The notes beneath the pieces are model-generated. The model worked only from the letters and a program-made list of their open reading frames with translations, made no database searches and was not told the DNA's origin. From NCBI RefSeq assembly GCF_011745625.1, contig NW_027191461.1:496001-560000 (forward strand): DNA of 64,000 nucleotides, given 5' to 3'. Positions 1 through 9,957 of the stretch are shown piece by piece. This DNA comes from Cladosporium halotolerans. Its lineage: Eukaryota. How positions within the stretch are numbered: position 1 is the stretch's first letter; each line of letters opens with the position of its first letter. The translations under genes were made by a program, and so were the position numbers.

Positions 1-286
1 TGACCCTCTTGTAGCTCGGCCAGGGCCTTCTCTGCAGCAGCCCTTAAGCGATGGGTTGCGATTCAATGACAGTGGGAATGGCTTGGGAGTGGAACATCAA
101 AGAGTTCGGAGTAATCTGAGAGAGTCCTGTCAATCCAATGCTAGCTCAACCGTGCCATAATATCTTGTACGAACATGCTAAGATACGAAAACCTCGCTCA
201 ACTCGCATCAGTAGGGTCTTCGCAAACGCATCATAAACACGCGAAATGTAACCAATCTGCACTTATCCTGCAGATCATCAGCTCCC

Positions 287-1363
287 TCACCGTTTCCAGT
301 CGGGCAAAAGAACCATCCTTCCCTGAATCTTCCCCTCACCCAGGCGCTCAAGCACTTGCGGGAGGTCCTCGATCGACCCTGTCTGAACCTTCGGTCTAAG
401 TATACCCTTTCCCATCAGATCAAGACACTCTTCATAGCTCTGAACACTGCCACTATAAGATGCCTGAATACTCAGGCCATTCGGCACAAACACTACCGGA
501 ATCAAGGGCGCTTGCTCGCTCAACAGCCCAACCAGCACCAACCTACCCGCAGGCCGCAGCGCCAACTGCGCGCTCAGGACCGTGTCCGCGTGCCCGACCA
601 AGTCGATGCACGTGTCGATCGCGATCTGCCGCTCCGCCACAACCTTGTGCAACTTCTTCGCACCAGGATCGTCAGTACAGAACGCATCCTCAGGTCGCAC
701 GCCCAACCTAATCGCCTCGTCGACCGTCTCGCGCCGCTTGTCAACGACCAGCACCCGCTTGACGCCGAGGTGCAGCGCCGTCTGCAGCGCGTTCATGCCC
801 AGCCCTCCGAGCCCAAGAATCGCAACCGTCTGGTCCGGCTTCACAGCCGCAGTCACTTTCACAGCGTGGTAGGCCGTCAGGACCGCGTCCGCGGACACGG
901 CCGCGAGCGGCATCTCGAGGCCGTCCGGGAGGCGGAAGACGCTGCGCGCGGACACGGCCGCGTACTCGGCGAAGAAGCCCTCGCGGCCGATGCCGTACGC
1001 GCCGCCTTCGCTCTTGCACAGCTGCTGCAAGCCGCGGGAGCACTCTGGGCAAGTAGGTTGGAGGCAGCCGGCGACGAGGTAGAGGCCGACGCGGTCGCCG
1101 GGTTTGTAGAGGTTGCTGTCGACGTTGGAGCCGATCTGCGCGATCTCGCCGGCGCCTTCGTGTCCGAGGACGAATTCGTTGGCCATGCCGTACATGGATT
1201 CCTTGATTCCGAGGATCGTGCAGTCGGAGTGGCAGACGCCCATGGCGAGGATCTTGACTAGCACGTCGTCTGGTCCGGGCTTGGGGGTGGGCACTTGGAC
1301 TCGGAGGGGTTTGCCATGGCCAATTTGGCATTTCCATGCTTGCATTTGGTCTGGGACGGGCAT
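287..1363 (-). CDS. Zinc-dependent medium-chain alcohol dehydrogenase
   Basis: 358-aa intronless ORF with GVCHSD, GHEGAG, structural-Zn cysteines (C...CPEC...C) and the GLGGLG Rossmann motif. Confidence 0.93.
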   Translation of the reverse strand: MPVPDQMQAWKCQIGHGKPLRVQVPTPKPGPDDVLVKILAMGVCHSDCTILGIKESMYGMANEFVLGHEGAGEIAQIGSNVDSNLYKPGDRVGLYLVAGCLQPTCPECSRGLQQLCKSEGGAYGIGREGFFAEYAAVSARSVFRLPDGLEMPLAAVSADAVLTAYHAVKVTAAVKPDQTVAILGLGGLGMNALQTALHLGVKRVLVVDKRRETVDEAIRLGVRPEDAFCTDDPGAKKLHKVVAERQIAIDTCIDLVGHADTVLSAQLALRPAGRLVLVGLLSEQAPLIPVVFVPNGLSIQASYSGSVQSYEECLDLMGKGILRPKVQTGSIEDLPQVLERLGEGKIQGRMVLLPDWKR

Positions 1364-1786
1364 TTTGAGTTGCTCTTGTAGGATTGTATGTTGGTGATGT
1401 TGACAATCTTGGGTGCGTAGGGCTAATATAATATGTGGCGGGGCTGTGTCAGCAGCTGATGTCGATCATGAATGGAAGGATCGTGAGAGTTGCATCCTGC
1501 GATACCTCCGAGATCAGCTCCAGCTCAACTGCCTTTAGATTTGATTGTTGTCGTGTTCCTATTCAATCATCAGAGGCTGTCAGGTTTGGGTGGATCGCTG
1601 CAGCGTCGTTGATGCTGATTTCCCTCGGCCCATGATCATGCGGGGCCAAAGGCGATCCACAGGCTGGGTCACTAAAGCAGTAGCTGAATGTACTACAACA
1701 ACTTGTCGAGACTTATCTGCGAGTGTCATAATGATTTCATATATTTTTTCTTCGTATAGCTGTCATCAACGACTTCAGTCGTCCCT

Positions 1787-4072
1787 TCACTCCACAGCCT
1801 TCGGCCTGCCCTTCCTATCCACTCTCTGATCCCTAGGGTCAAACCCACCGTTTCCCCAAGCAGCCCACTCAGGCGTCGCATCGCCAATGTAATCGTGAGG
1901 ACCAAACGGCTTCCCGCTCTCAACGAGCTCGAAGAACTTCGGGTAGTCGATGAGCGTGTGCCAGCGCATCTCGCCGTTCTCGCCCGAAGGCAAGTAGTAC
2001 CTGCTGCGGTCAGCGAGCAGAATGCAGCACGAGTGCGCGTGCTCGGCGCCGATGCCGTAGTCTAGACCGCGGCGCTTAAGCGCCGCCTCGAGCGCGAGCA
2101 CAAAGGCCGAGACTTCCTCGTAGAAGGGCACGTTCTGCATCGTCAGACCCGCGCCGGCGGCCGTGCTGGTGCCGCAGTACGTCACGCCCTTGACTTCGAC
2201 GAAGCTGGGCTGCGCCTGCTCGACGAGCTTGGCGTAGCCCTCGGCTTCCTCGTCGATGTTAAAGCCCTTGACGAGCGTCAGGCGGAAGACAGTGCGATGC
2301 GTGTCGCGCTTCTCGCGCAGAATGTCCATGCAGCGCATGAAGCGCTCCCAGAAGTCTCTGTGGAGGGGTCTGTCGATTTTGCGCAGGGTCTCCTTGTCTG
2401 ATGCATCGATGGAGACGTAGAGCTGTGTTACGGGGCCGAGTGCCGCTAGTTGGTCAGGGTGTTGTGCGTTGCAGACAAGGAAGCTGGAAATGTGCTCCTT
2501 GTGCAGCATGCCCAGAAGCTCGTTGATGTGCGGGTAGAAGATAGGCTCGCCGACCAGGCTGAGAGCGCAATGCCTGATTCGCATACCCTCAGCGAATCGC
2601 TCTGATCGAACACCAGGTACACCTCTCAGCATTTTGATCTTTTTGTAGTGTTCCGCCTTGATTCCTTCAAAGATCATACCAGGTGGATCAACCTGCCATC
2701 TCCATGTAGTGCCGACAGGGTTCGTGCCATGGCGCCAACAGAAGACGCACTTGTTGCTGCAGCTCAATGACGGCGTTGCTTCCATGCAACGATGCGATGC
2801 AATGCCATAAAAACTGAATTTGTAGCATGAACCACGTCCACGCAGAGCAGACTTCGTCCAGCGGCAGATCTTGACGCCAGAGTGCGTTCCCACAATGCTA
2901 TATCCTTGCTTCGTAAGCGAGCCGTATGTAGGCGACGCTTTGGGAACCATTGCTTTGGGTCCAGATGATTGCACTGCGGTTTTTGAGGTTGTCGTGAAGT
3001 CTACAGGGATCGGGGCTTTGCCTCCGATATCCTCAACATCGTCTGTCGACGACTTCTTCGCAGACTTCTTCTGTACTCTCGTGAATGAATCATCTGACTC
3101 TTCCTCATCCTCGGCCTCATCTTCGTCTCCACTCTCGACAGCCTCTCCGCTTCCAGAAACACCTTCGCCGAGACCCTTGCCCTCCGCCAGATCTTCCATG
3201 ATGCTCTTCAAACCGGTCCTCCACTCCGACAGGCTGGCATCGGCGTTGCGCTTCACATCTGCCAAACCGATCGGGAACGCCCTCTTCCTAGCGGTCAACT
3301 TTGACATCCACTTGTCCACTTCGATCGCCTGGCTGCAGAAACCTTGTTGTTCCGTAGGCCAATCTTGCTTATCGCCAAAGCCAAAAACCGAATAACCTGC
3401 CAATTGCTGCAAGGGCGCGGTGTCGATGCGGAAGTCATGGTGCGTTTCTTGCAGGTGCGTAAGGAAGTTCGAGAGCTCCGTATCGATATCGTAACTCGGA
3501 ATGAGCAGGAGGTAGAAGTACGCCGTTCGCTTGCTGTCGTCCTTGGGTTTGGGAATCGAGATGAAGAAGTCGTCGTAGTCAAGCTCTGTCAAGTCGTACG
3601 TCTCCGGCGAAAGGATTTTACTGTCTTCGGATTGGCGCGACAGCTCTTCGGCAAACCTCTCAGCGTAGGCGCGTGTCGATCCACCAAGAGAGTAGTAAAA
3701 GACCAGAGGTTGGATCTGTTCCGGCACAGTCTCGCGAACGGGAGAGGACTTCGCTTTCTTACCGCCCGTCACTCGCTTTGGCCCAGCCTTGGGACGAGTC
3801 GGCTTCTTTGCTGTAACGCTTGGCTCATAATGGTCTGTCTCTGCGAGTTGCGCTTTGGCGTCCGTCGCAGACGGCAGGACAGCTACAGATTTCTCATCGA
3901 CCGGCGACGCAAGTGGCGGCGTCAGAGCAACTTTGGCTTTGCGACTCCGCCAATGCACGACGAGGCGCACAATGGCGAAGAGCACGCCGGCCGAGAGCAG
4001 GACCTCGACGCGGTGAGCATGCCAGAGGAACAGCAGCTCTGCGGGCAGCTGCGCAATGCCGTCGACGGCCAT
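1787..4072 (-). CDS. TYW1: tRNA 4-demethylwyosine synthase (flavodoxin + radical SAM)
   Basis: 761 aa; N-terminal hydrophobic anchor, flavodoxin-like domain, GYSIVGTHSGVKICRWTK, CSNKCVFCWRH (CxxxCxxC), EHAHSCC. Confidence 0.95.
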   Translation of the reverse strand: MAVDGIAQLPAELLFLWHAHRVEVLLSAGVLFAIVRLVVHWRSRKAKVALTPPLASPVDEKSVAVLPSATDAKAQLAETDHYEPSVTAKKPTRPKAGPKRVTGGKKAKSSPVRETVPEQIQPLVFYYSLGGSTRAYAERFAEELSRQSEDSKILSPETYDLTELDYDDFFISIPKPKDDSKRTAYFYLLLIPSYDIDTELSNFLTHLQETHHDFRIDTAPLQQLAGYSVFGFGDKQDWPTEQQGFCSQAIEVDKWMSKLTARKRAFPIGLADVKRNADASLSEWRTGLKSIMEDLAEGKGLGEGVSGSGEAVESGDEDEAEDEEESDDSFTRVQKKSAKKSSTDDVEDIGGKAPIPVDFTTTSKTAVQSSGPKAMVPKASPTYGSLTKQGYSIVGTHSGVKICRWTKSALRGRGSCYKFSFYGIASHRCMEATPSLSCSNKCVFCWRHGTNPVGTTWRWQVDPPGMIFEGIKAEHYKKIKMLRGVPGVRSERFAEGMRIRHCALSLVGEPIFYPHINELLGMLHKEHISSFLVCNAQHPDQLAALGPVTQLYVSIDASDKETLRKIDRPLHRDFWERFMRCMDILREKRDTHRTVFRLTLVKGFNIDEEAEGYAKLVEQAQPSFVEVKGVTYCGTSTAAGAGLTMQNVPFYEEVSAFVLALEAALKRRGLDYGIGAEHAHSCCILLADRSRYYLPSGENGEMRWHTLIDYPKFFELVESGKPFGPHDYIGDATPEWAAWGNGGFDPRDQRVDRKGRPKAVE

Positions 4073-4557
4073 AGTCTGGGTGCTTACGGCGTCCGGCGGT
4101 GGATGGTGGGGTGCATGAGGGGTGCGCGAGGGCGAAATTGATTGACGATGAATGTTTCTGGAATTCTACAGCGCCCCGCGAGCACGCGAGTCGTGAAGGA
4201 CGCGGAGAAGCTGTCGCCGGCAGGCACAGCCAAGGCGCTGCCCGGCCTTGCTGCAAGGCTGACGCTGACGGAGCCCGGGAGCTTGGGCTCGCCGCCAGCC
4301 ATTCGCATCTTCGCCCGCAAGCCTCTTGCTGCCCATCGCGCTCCCTCTGTGCATGGTGAAACCTCGACCGTTGTTATTGCCCTTCGCACACCTCCCGCCG
4401 CCCACCGGCCGCCTGCGCCCATACATGCAGGCCCGGGTCATCCCATTCCGCCCTCCGACCATGCCATAAACCGAGGACGCGCCTGATCTCCCCAACTCCA
4501 TCCCTCTCTATACCACGCCTCACCGCAGGCAGCCATCACACGGCACACACTCCCGCC

Positions 4558-5677
4558 ATGACCGGCCTCTCCAAGCACTGCGCCGCCCTCTCCTCTCCGA
4601 ATCCGTACGCCGTCAGCCTCGCCGCCTTCCTCGTCCTGGGCATCCTCGTGTCCTACTTCCCGCAACATGCGAAGATCATCCAAAGGCGGACCAGCGAGGG
4701 TCTGTCGCCTTGGTGGGTGCTGCTCGGCGGCTTGAGCTCGATAGCAGCCATAGGCAACATCTTGACTCTGCCGGCGAGTCGCGCGGATATCGGATGCTGC
4801 AAGGAAATCCGCGGATCCGAATGCGCCGCCGCGCTTTTAGGCGTCGCGCAAATCGGCTGCCAGTGGGCGTGCTTCATGTTCATGTAAGTGATTAGCGCCG
4901 GACGACGGGAAGACCGCAGAACGCGTTGAAGCTGACAGAGCCAGTGTGATGCTCTTCCTCATCTACTTTCCGACAGAGCCGGATCTCGTTTCCTCCGCGG
5001 CAAGCATCACATCCACCGCCCCGCCCAAGCGCCGCGACGCAGTAGTGGTGGGTGTCACTACTCTTCTCGCGCTTCTCGTTGTCGGCATCACGAGCGTCGC
5101 CATGGTCGCGGCCTTCCCGCACCATACCCAAGGCTGGGCGAATCTCCTCGGGTCCATCGCGGGCGCTCTCGCCGCAATCCAATACCTGCCGCAAATCTAC
5201 TACACCTTCAGGATCGGCGACGTCAAAAGCCTGAGCATCATCACGATGCTCATTCAAGTCCCGGGCGCGTTCGTTTTCGCTTTCAGCCTGTGGCTGCGCG
5301 TCGGATGGGCTGGCTGGAGCACGTGGCTCGTGTACGTGGTCACCGGAATACTGCAGGGCGTGTTGCTCGGCTTGGCGATCAGCTACTACCTCGCGCGTCG
5401 CAAGAGCAAGAGCGGCTCCACTGGCGTCCCTAGCATGGAGGATGAGGAAGAGAATCTGGAGGTTGATGATGCTGCTGCGGAGGAGCCGCCACTCCCGACT
5501 GAGCGCACGAGGCTCATTTCAAGAGATAGCTCGGGAAACGCCAGGCCGATGCCCCAGCGCATTCGCGGCAGCCACGGCACTCAGAGGAGCGTGGCGAGCA
5601 ATAGGCAGCTTGGAATGCTGTATGCTGCGACGCCGCCTGAGCATGATTCGGACAGTAGCGAGGGCAGTGGGAAGTAA
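4558..5677 (+). CDS. PQ-loop membrane protein; one intron 4884-4944
   Basis: Two PQ motifs (SYFPQH, QYLPQI), several TM segments; GTAAGT...GCTGAC...CAG intron restores the frame. Confidence 0.9.
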
Positions 5678-6173
5678 ACGCAGTCATGTATCTATACCTT
5701 ACCAATGCAGCAGCAATTTACCGATGACCAATCCCCATGCCAGTTGAAAACGACATGAAACTTGTTTGTTCGCGGCGGTCAGCGGCCATTTTCCTGGTCT
5801 CATTGACACAAAACTGCGGCAGGACGTGTCCTCACTTGACGTCTCCGCAGCTGAAACCTCCCAACCCCAAAGTGTGGTTGTGCGGATGCAGGCCCTCAAC
5901 TTCAACATCGCCTTTTACCAGGGAATCATCGTTCTCCAACCTTCATATCTATGTGTGCGCATCGTCGCGATCGCCTTTCGAGATGGCAAGAGGAGAAATG
6001 GTTGCCGGCTGCTGGGTTGGGAAGTGCATCGGTTGAATGAGCGCTATCGCCGACGGAGGCGTCAAGCAAGTTTCTTGGCTCGGAAGCTGGATGTGCGACA
6101 TGGTGGCAGCAACGCGACAGTATCTGCGCAGGAGGCAGGTGTACGACAACGGTCACGTGCGCGCTCCTTGCCC

Positions 6174-6400
6174 AAAAAAGCAAAGCCCAAAACAATCACA
6201 AAAGCGAACGCCCCACCCCGGACTCGAACGCAGCAAAAGAACCACCCGACCTCGCTCGGCGGGTGTCAAGAAAACCCACGGTGTTAAGGCGGATTTTGCT
6301 TTCGGTGGCTTCGGCCGGAGAGCAGTCGTCGATCGTCGGCAAGGGGTCGATGTGAAAACCGGCCTCGTCTGCGCTCGTTCCACTGCGCCACGCATGACTG
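6174..6400 (-). ncRNA. Candidate RNA polymerase III non-coding RNA, family unassigned
   Basis: A box TGGCGCAGTGG (6390-6380) inside a tRNA-like D arm; B box GTTCGAGTCC (6229-6220); complementary ends CAGUCAUG/UGUGAUUG; T6 run at 6179-6174; no cloverleaf can be built. Confidence 0.5.
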
Positions 6401-6843
6401 AATTGCCTACTCGTGCTCTGGTTATGTCACAGGGAGTTGCACGTGAATATGTAGGTGAAGCGGGTGCGTGGGGGCTGTCGTGGGGGTACTGAGGGGGTGG
6501 GACGTGAGGTTAGAAGAGGTGAGCTATGGGTGTTGGTAGATGTATACATCATATGCTAGCGATATGTTATTGTTATAGGCGTTTCAACGGTGTTGTATGG
6601 GGATGGTGTTGCTGGGGATGAAGTGAGGTGAAGTGAGGTGAAGTGAAGTGGCATATCACGTGATAGGGGTACCCCCATCGAACTTGTCACATGGAGTAGG
6701 CGCGAGGAGTTTCGACAACTCGCATGCCAGCTGTTGCCACATGGCAACGTAAGCAGTGCAAGTAATACGTGACCATAAGCTCTACATCACATAATCGTGG
6801 AGGCAAGCCTGGTGTTCTGGATAGGAGCGGAAGACAGAGTGTG

Positions 6844-6870
6844 AACCCTAACCCTAAGTATCCATATAAA
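6844..6870 (+). promoter_or_regulatory. Telomere-like repeat (telobox) followed by a TATA box
   Basis: AACCCTAACCCTAA at 6844-6857 and TATAAA at 6865-6870. Confidence 0.4.
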
Positions 6871-7782
6871 TTGCTAAGGCCGCTTGTCGGAGACGGAAGT
6901 GGACTCGGTGCTTTTTCGCTTCCAGACACGGTCAAATCAGATATGCGTACGAATTTGACAATGGTTTGATTCGAGGTGGTTTTAGTGAGCAAACGAGGGC
7001 TGCTGAGTGTTGACGCTGGATGCGCTCATGAGAGAGTCGGATCCGCCGAACAGGTTTGGGTGGTATGTGTGTGCCCATCGACTGATCACTCATCAGGCGC
7101 GAGCGATGTTGGGCGAGCAGGTCACTCCATTCAAACTCTACTGTGTCAGATCAAGTGATCTGACATGGTTCTCGTCCAGTGCGACGGCTCGCACGTAAGG
7201 CGGGCGACCGCTCTAGGCCGTCTGCTTGAGGGGTTGCGTCGTTGCAAAGGCGCTTATCGGCCGTTCTTCTTGGGGCACGTTGCGAAGCAATTCCCTATTT
7301 CGACTGGTGATGTCGTCATGGGCTCAGGAACCTTCACACAAGAGCACTACAAGGTTGTGGAAGGAACAGTACACTTGATCGCAATCGGACAGCAGATTTG
7401 TTTGCATCCAATCACTTTTGCAAAGACGGGCTTTTCTTGCGGCCGTAAACAACGCCACACGCGGAGTTGCAAGCCCGCTTTGTCCGCTTGGTCGTGCCCC
7501 CCCAAACCAAGCGACCTACAGGTACATGCAGGTGTATTGGAATTATCGTGCTTCTCCGCCATCGAGCATCGCAAGCCATGTGTTCGATCTTCGTATTTCG
7601 CTGACAATTTGTCCGATTACGATTGTCAGCATTCGGCCGTACCAACACCTCAGCCTCTGCTACGTGGCCAGTATATATACACGCGTCGAACATAGAATCA
7701 TTGAGAATTTCACGTAGGACATACTCTTGTGTCTTTATTTTCTCATAGAACACTGCTACAAAAGCATCTTTGGATTGATATC

Positions 7783-8699
7783 ATGGCATTCAAGCCTTTG
7801 CTTGTACCTGAGGAGAAGCGTCCGACGTCTGCCTTCTGGGGTGAGGCACTATGGCACAATGTAGGTTCTTCGTTTTCCGCATCGATTCAAGGAGATGCTC
7901 AGACTAACGCTCTCAGATGATGCGTGACCAGTTCACCATAGCCACCTGGCTCGCCATGGGAGCTTTGCTCCAATCCCTCACATTCCTCCTCCTGGGCCAC
8001 CTCGCTCTTCTTCCAGCCGCAGCCTACCTCGCCCTACGCCTGGCCAGCACCCTCCTCGCCGCGGCAGGCTGGAAGCATAACTCCCTCATGGACGGCGTAA
8101 TCCTCGGCAAATTCTCCACGGCCTTCCCCAACTCCAAAGGAGTCTACCCCAGCAAGCCCGCCGACTCCGAGATCGTTGTCTTCCTCCTCGGCTTCCGCAA
8201 CAACCACCCGCTGGGCATCCTGGCGCCGGGCGCCAAGGAGATTCAAGACTACTTCATGCAGATGATCCGCGACCTGGACGCGGGCGCGGAAGAGTTCGGC
8301 ATGCTGGGCATGACGTCCTGGCGGGCGGCGTCGACGCGCAAGACCGGGAACGAGTTCATGCAGGTCGGGTACTTCAAAACTGTCGAGGGACTGCATGCTT
8401 TCGCGCACTCAGAGGAGCATATGAAGGCCTGGAGGTGGTGGAACAAGAATGTCAAGCGTTGGTCGCATATGAGCATTTACCATGAGACTTACCAGGTTCC
8501 TAGGGGGAATTGGGAGACAATCTTTGTCAACACGCATCTTACGGGATTGCCGAGTTCGAGGATGAAAACGGAGGATGGACGCTGGGCTAGCCCGGTGGTT
8601 GATGCGAAGAGCGGTCTGTTAAAGACTGCTAGTGGGAGGATGGCGAGGAGTGATGCGAAGGAGCATGATGAAATGGTGAAGGATCCCTACGAAGTGTGA
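7783..8699 (+). CDS. DUF4188-family monooxygenase-like protein (af470/PhnB-like); intron 7861-7916
   Basis: 26-codon first exon, then GTAGGT...ACTAAC...CAG; motifs VVFLLGFRNNHPLG, LHAFAHSEEHMKAWRWW, IYHETYQVPRGNWETIF. Confidence 0.8.
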
Positions 8700-9043
8700 G
8701 CGTTTGATCGGGTGAGTTGCGAGCTCGTTGATTTGAAAATTTACACTTCTCGATTCATTGGAATCAAATTTGGGGCCCACTCGGGAAAAGGCATCTTTGA
8801 TATTGTCCAGTTCGATCGCAGGAGTTCATAGAAGCAGGTCAAGGTGGAAACTGAGAAACCACTGCATACAATCAACGGTTTATCATGAACCATGGAGCGC
8901 ATGACCCAACGATACGCTGATCATCAATGCTTTTCCGGTATCCCTTCCAACGCCAGATTCCAATCGCCATCGAATGCCCCCAGCGATCCAAGCCCGTATA
9001 CCCAAATCCAACGCCAACTCGAATGGTCCGCAACAATGCGTTA

Positions 9044-9559
9044 TTAACGACGATCACCCGGCGTCCCAAATCCCTACATTGATCGAATTAGCTCACATCT
9101 CCCCTCCAATCTCTCCAGCAACCAACAAACATACATATAGCGTCTTCCCCTTCCGATGCAGCGCATAAACAACATCGACCGTCGTGATCGTCTTGCGCTT
9201 CTTCATATCCACAATCGCGCAGACATCGCCCATCACGCTCTCCAAAAAGCGGCGCAAATTGAGGCGGATCTCTGCGTAAATAGACGACGAGATGCGCTTG
9301 ACGCCGCCGCGGCGCGCGAGGCGGCGGATGTCGGGCTTGGTGATGCCCTGGATGTTGTCGCGGAGAACTTTGCTGTAGAAGCATGTCAGAGAGAATGCAA
9401 GGTGGAGGAAGGTGATGTGTCGTCAAAGATGGTATACCGGTGGCGCTTGGCTCCTCCTTTACCGATACCGAGTCCTTTGCTGGCGATGCCGCGGCTCGCC
9501 TGGCTCGATGCGAGACGTTTGCCGGCGGCGACGTTCTTGCCGGATGTGGGACGCACCAT
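9044..9559 (-). CDS. Divergent histone H4 variant, 129 aa; introns 9373-9437 and 9074-9134
   Basis: Spliced product MVRPTSGK...[37 protein letters not shown]...[31 protein letters not shown]; both introns have GT, branch point and YAG. Confidence 0.92.
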
Positions 9560-9957
9560 GGTGGAATTGCGATGGGAAATAGTCGGAAACGGGTTGCGTT
9601 GCGGTTGCTGTAGTTTGGGGTCTGGAAGAAGCGGGGTGGGAATGTTTGGGGAGTGGAGAACGCAGGGGGTGAAGTGAAACTGCTTAAGCGCGCGGCTACG
9701 GCGTCGCGTGACACCGAGTGCGCGGACGACCTGGACTTCAATTCACTTCACGCGCGAGAAAGTGAAGGCTTGGTGGGGCCAGAAGGATTCTTGCATTGTG
9801 CCTGAGGCGTTCGCTGAGAGTCTCAGCTGCTGGCAGAGATCTGCAAGAGGAGGGTTGATTTTAACATGTCATTAGTGATTGCACAGCTACTACCGCATCC
9901 AGAATCTATACCTAATCTTCTTCAGCATCATACCAGTCGTACTTCTTGTCTCATGTC

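Noticed and set aside
5905..5925. CGCCTTTTACC resembling U5 snRNA loop 1
   Set aside because: The flanks do not form the closing stem and no Sm site follows
6209..6397. Intron-containing tRNA reading of the A-box/B-box element
   Set aside because: Acceptor, anticodon and T stems do not pair; kept only as an unassigned ncRNA candidate
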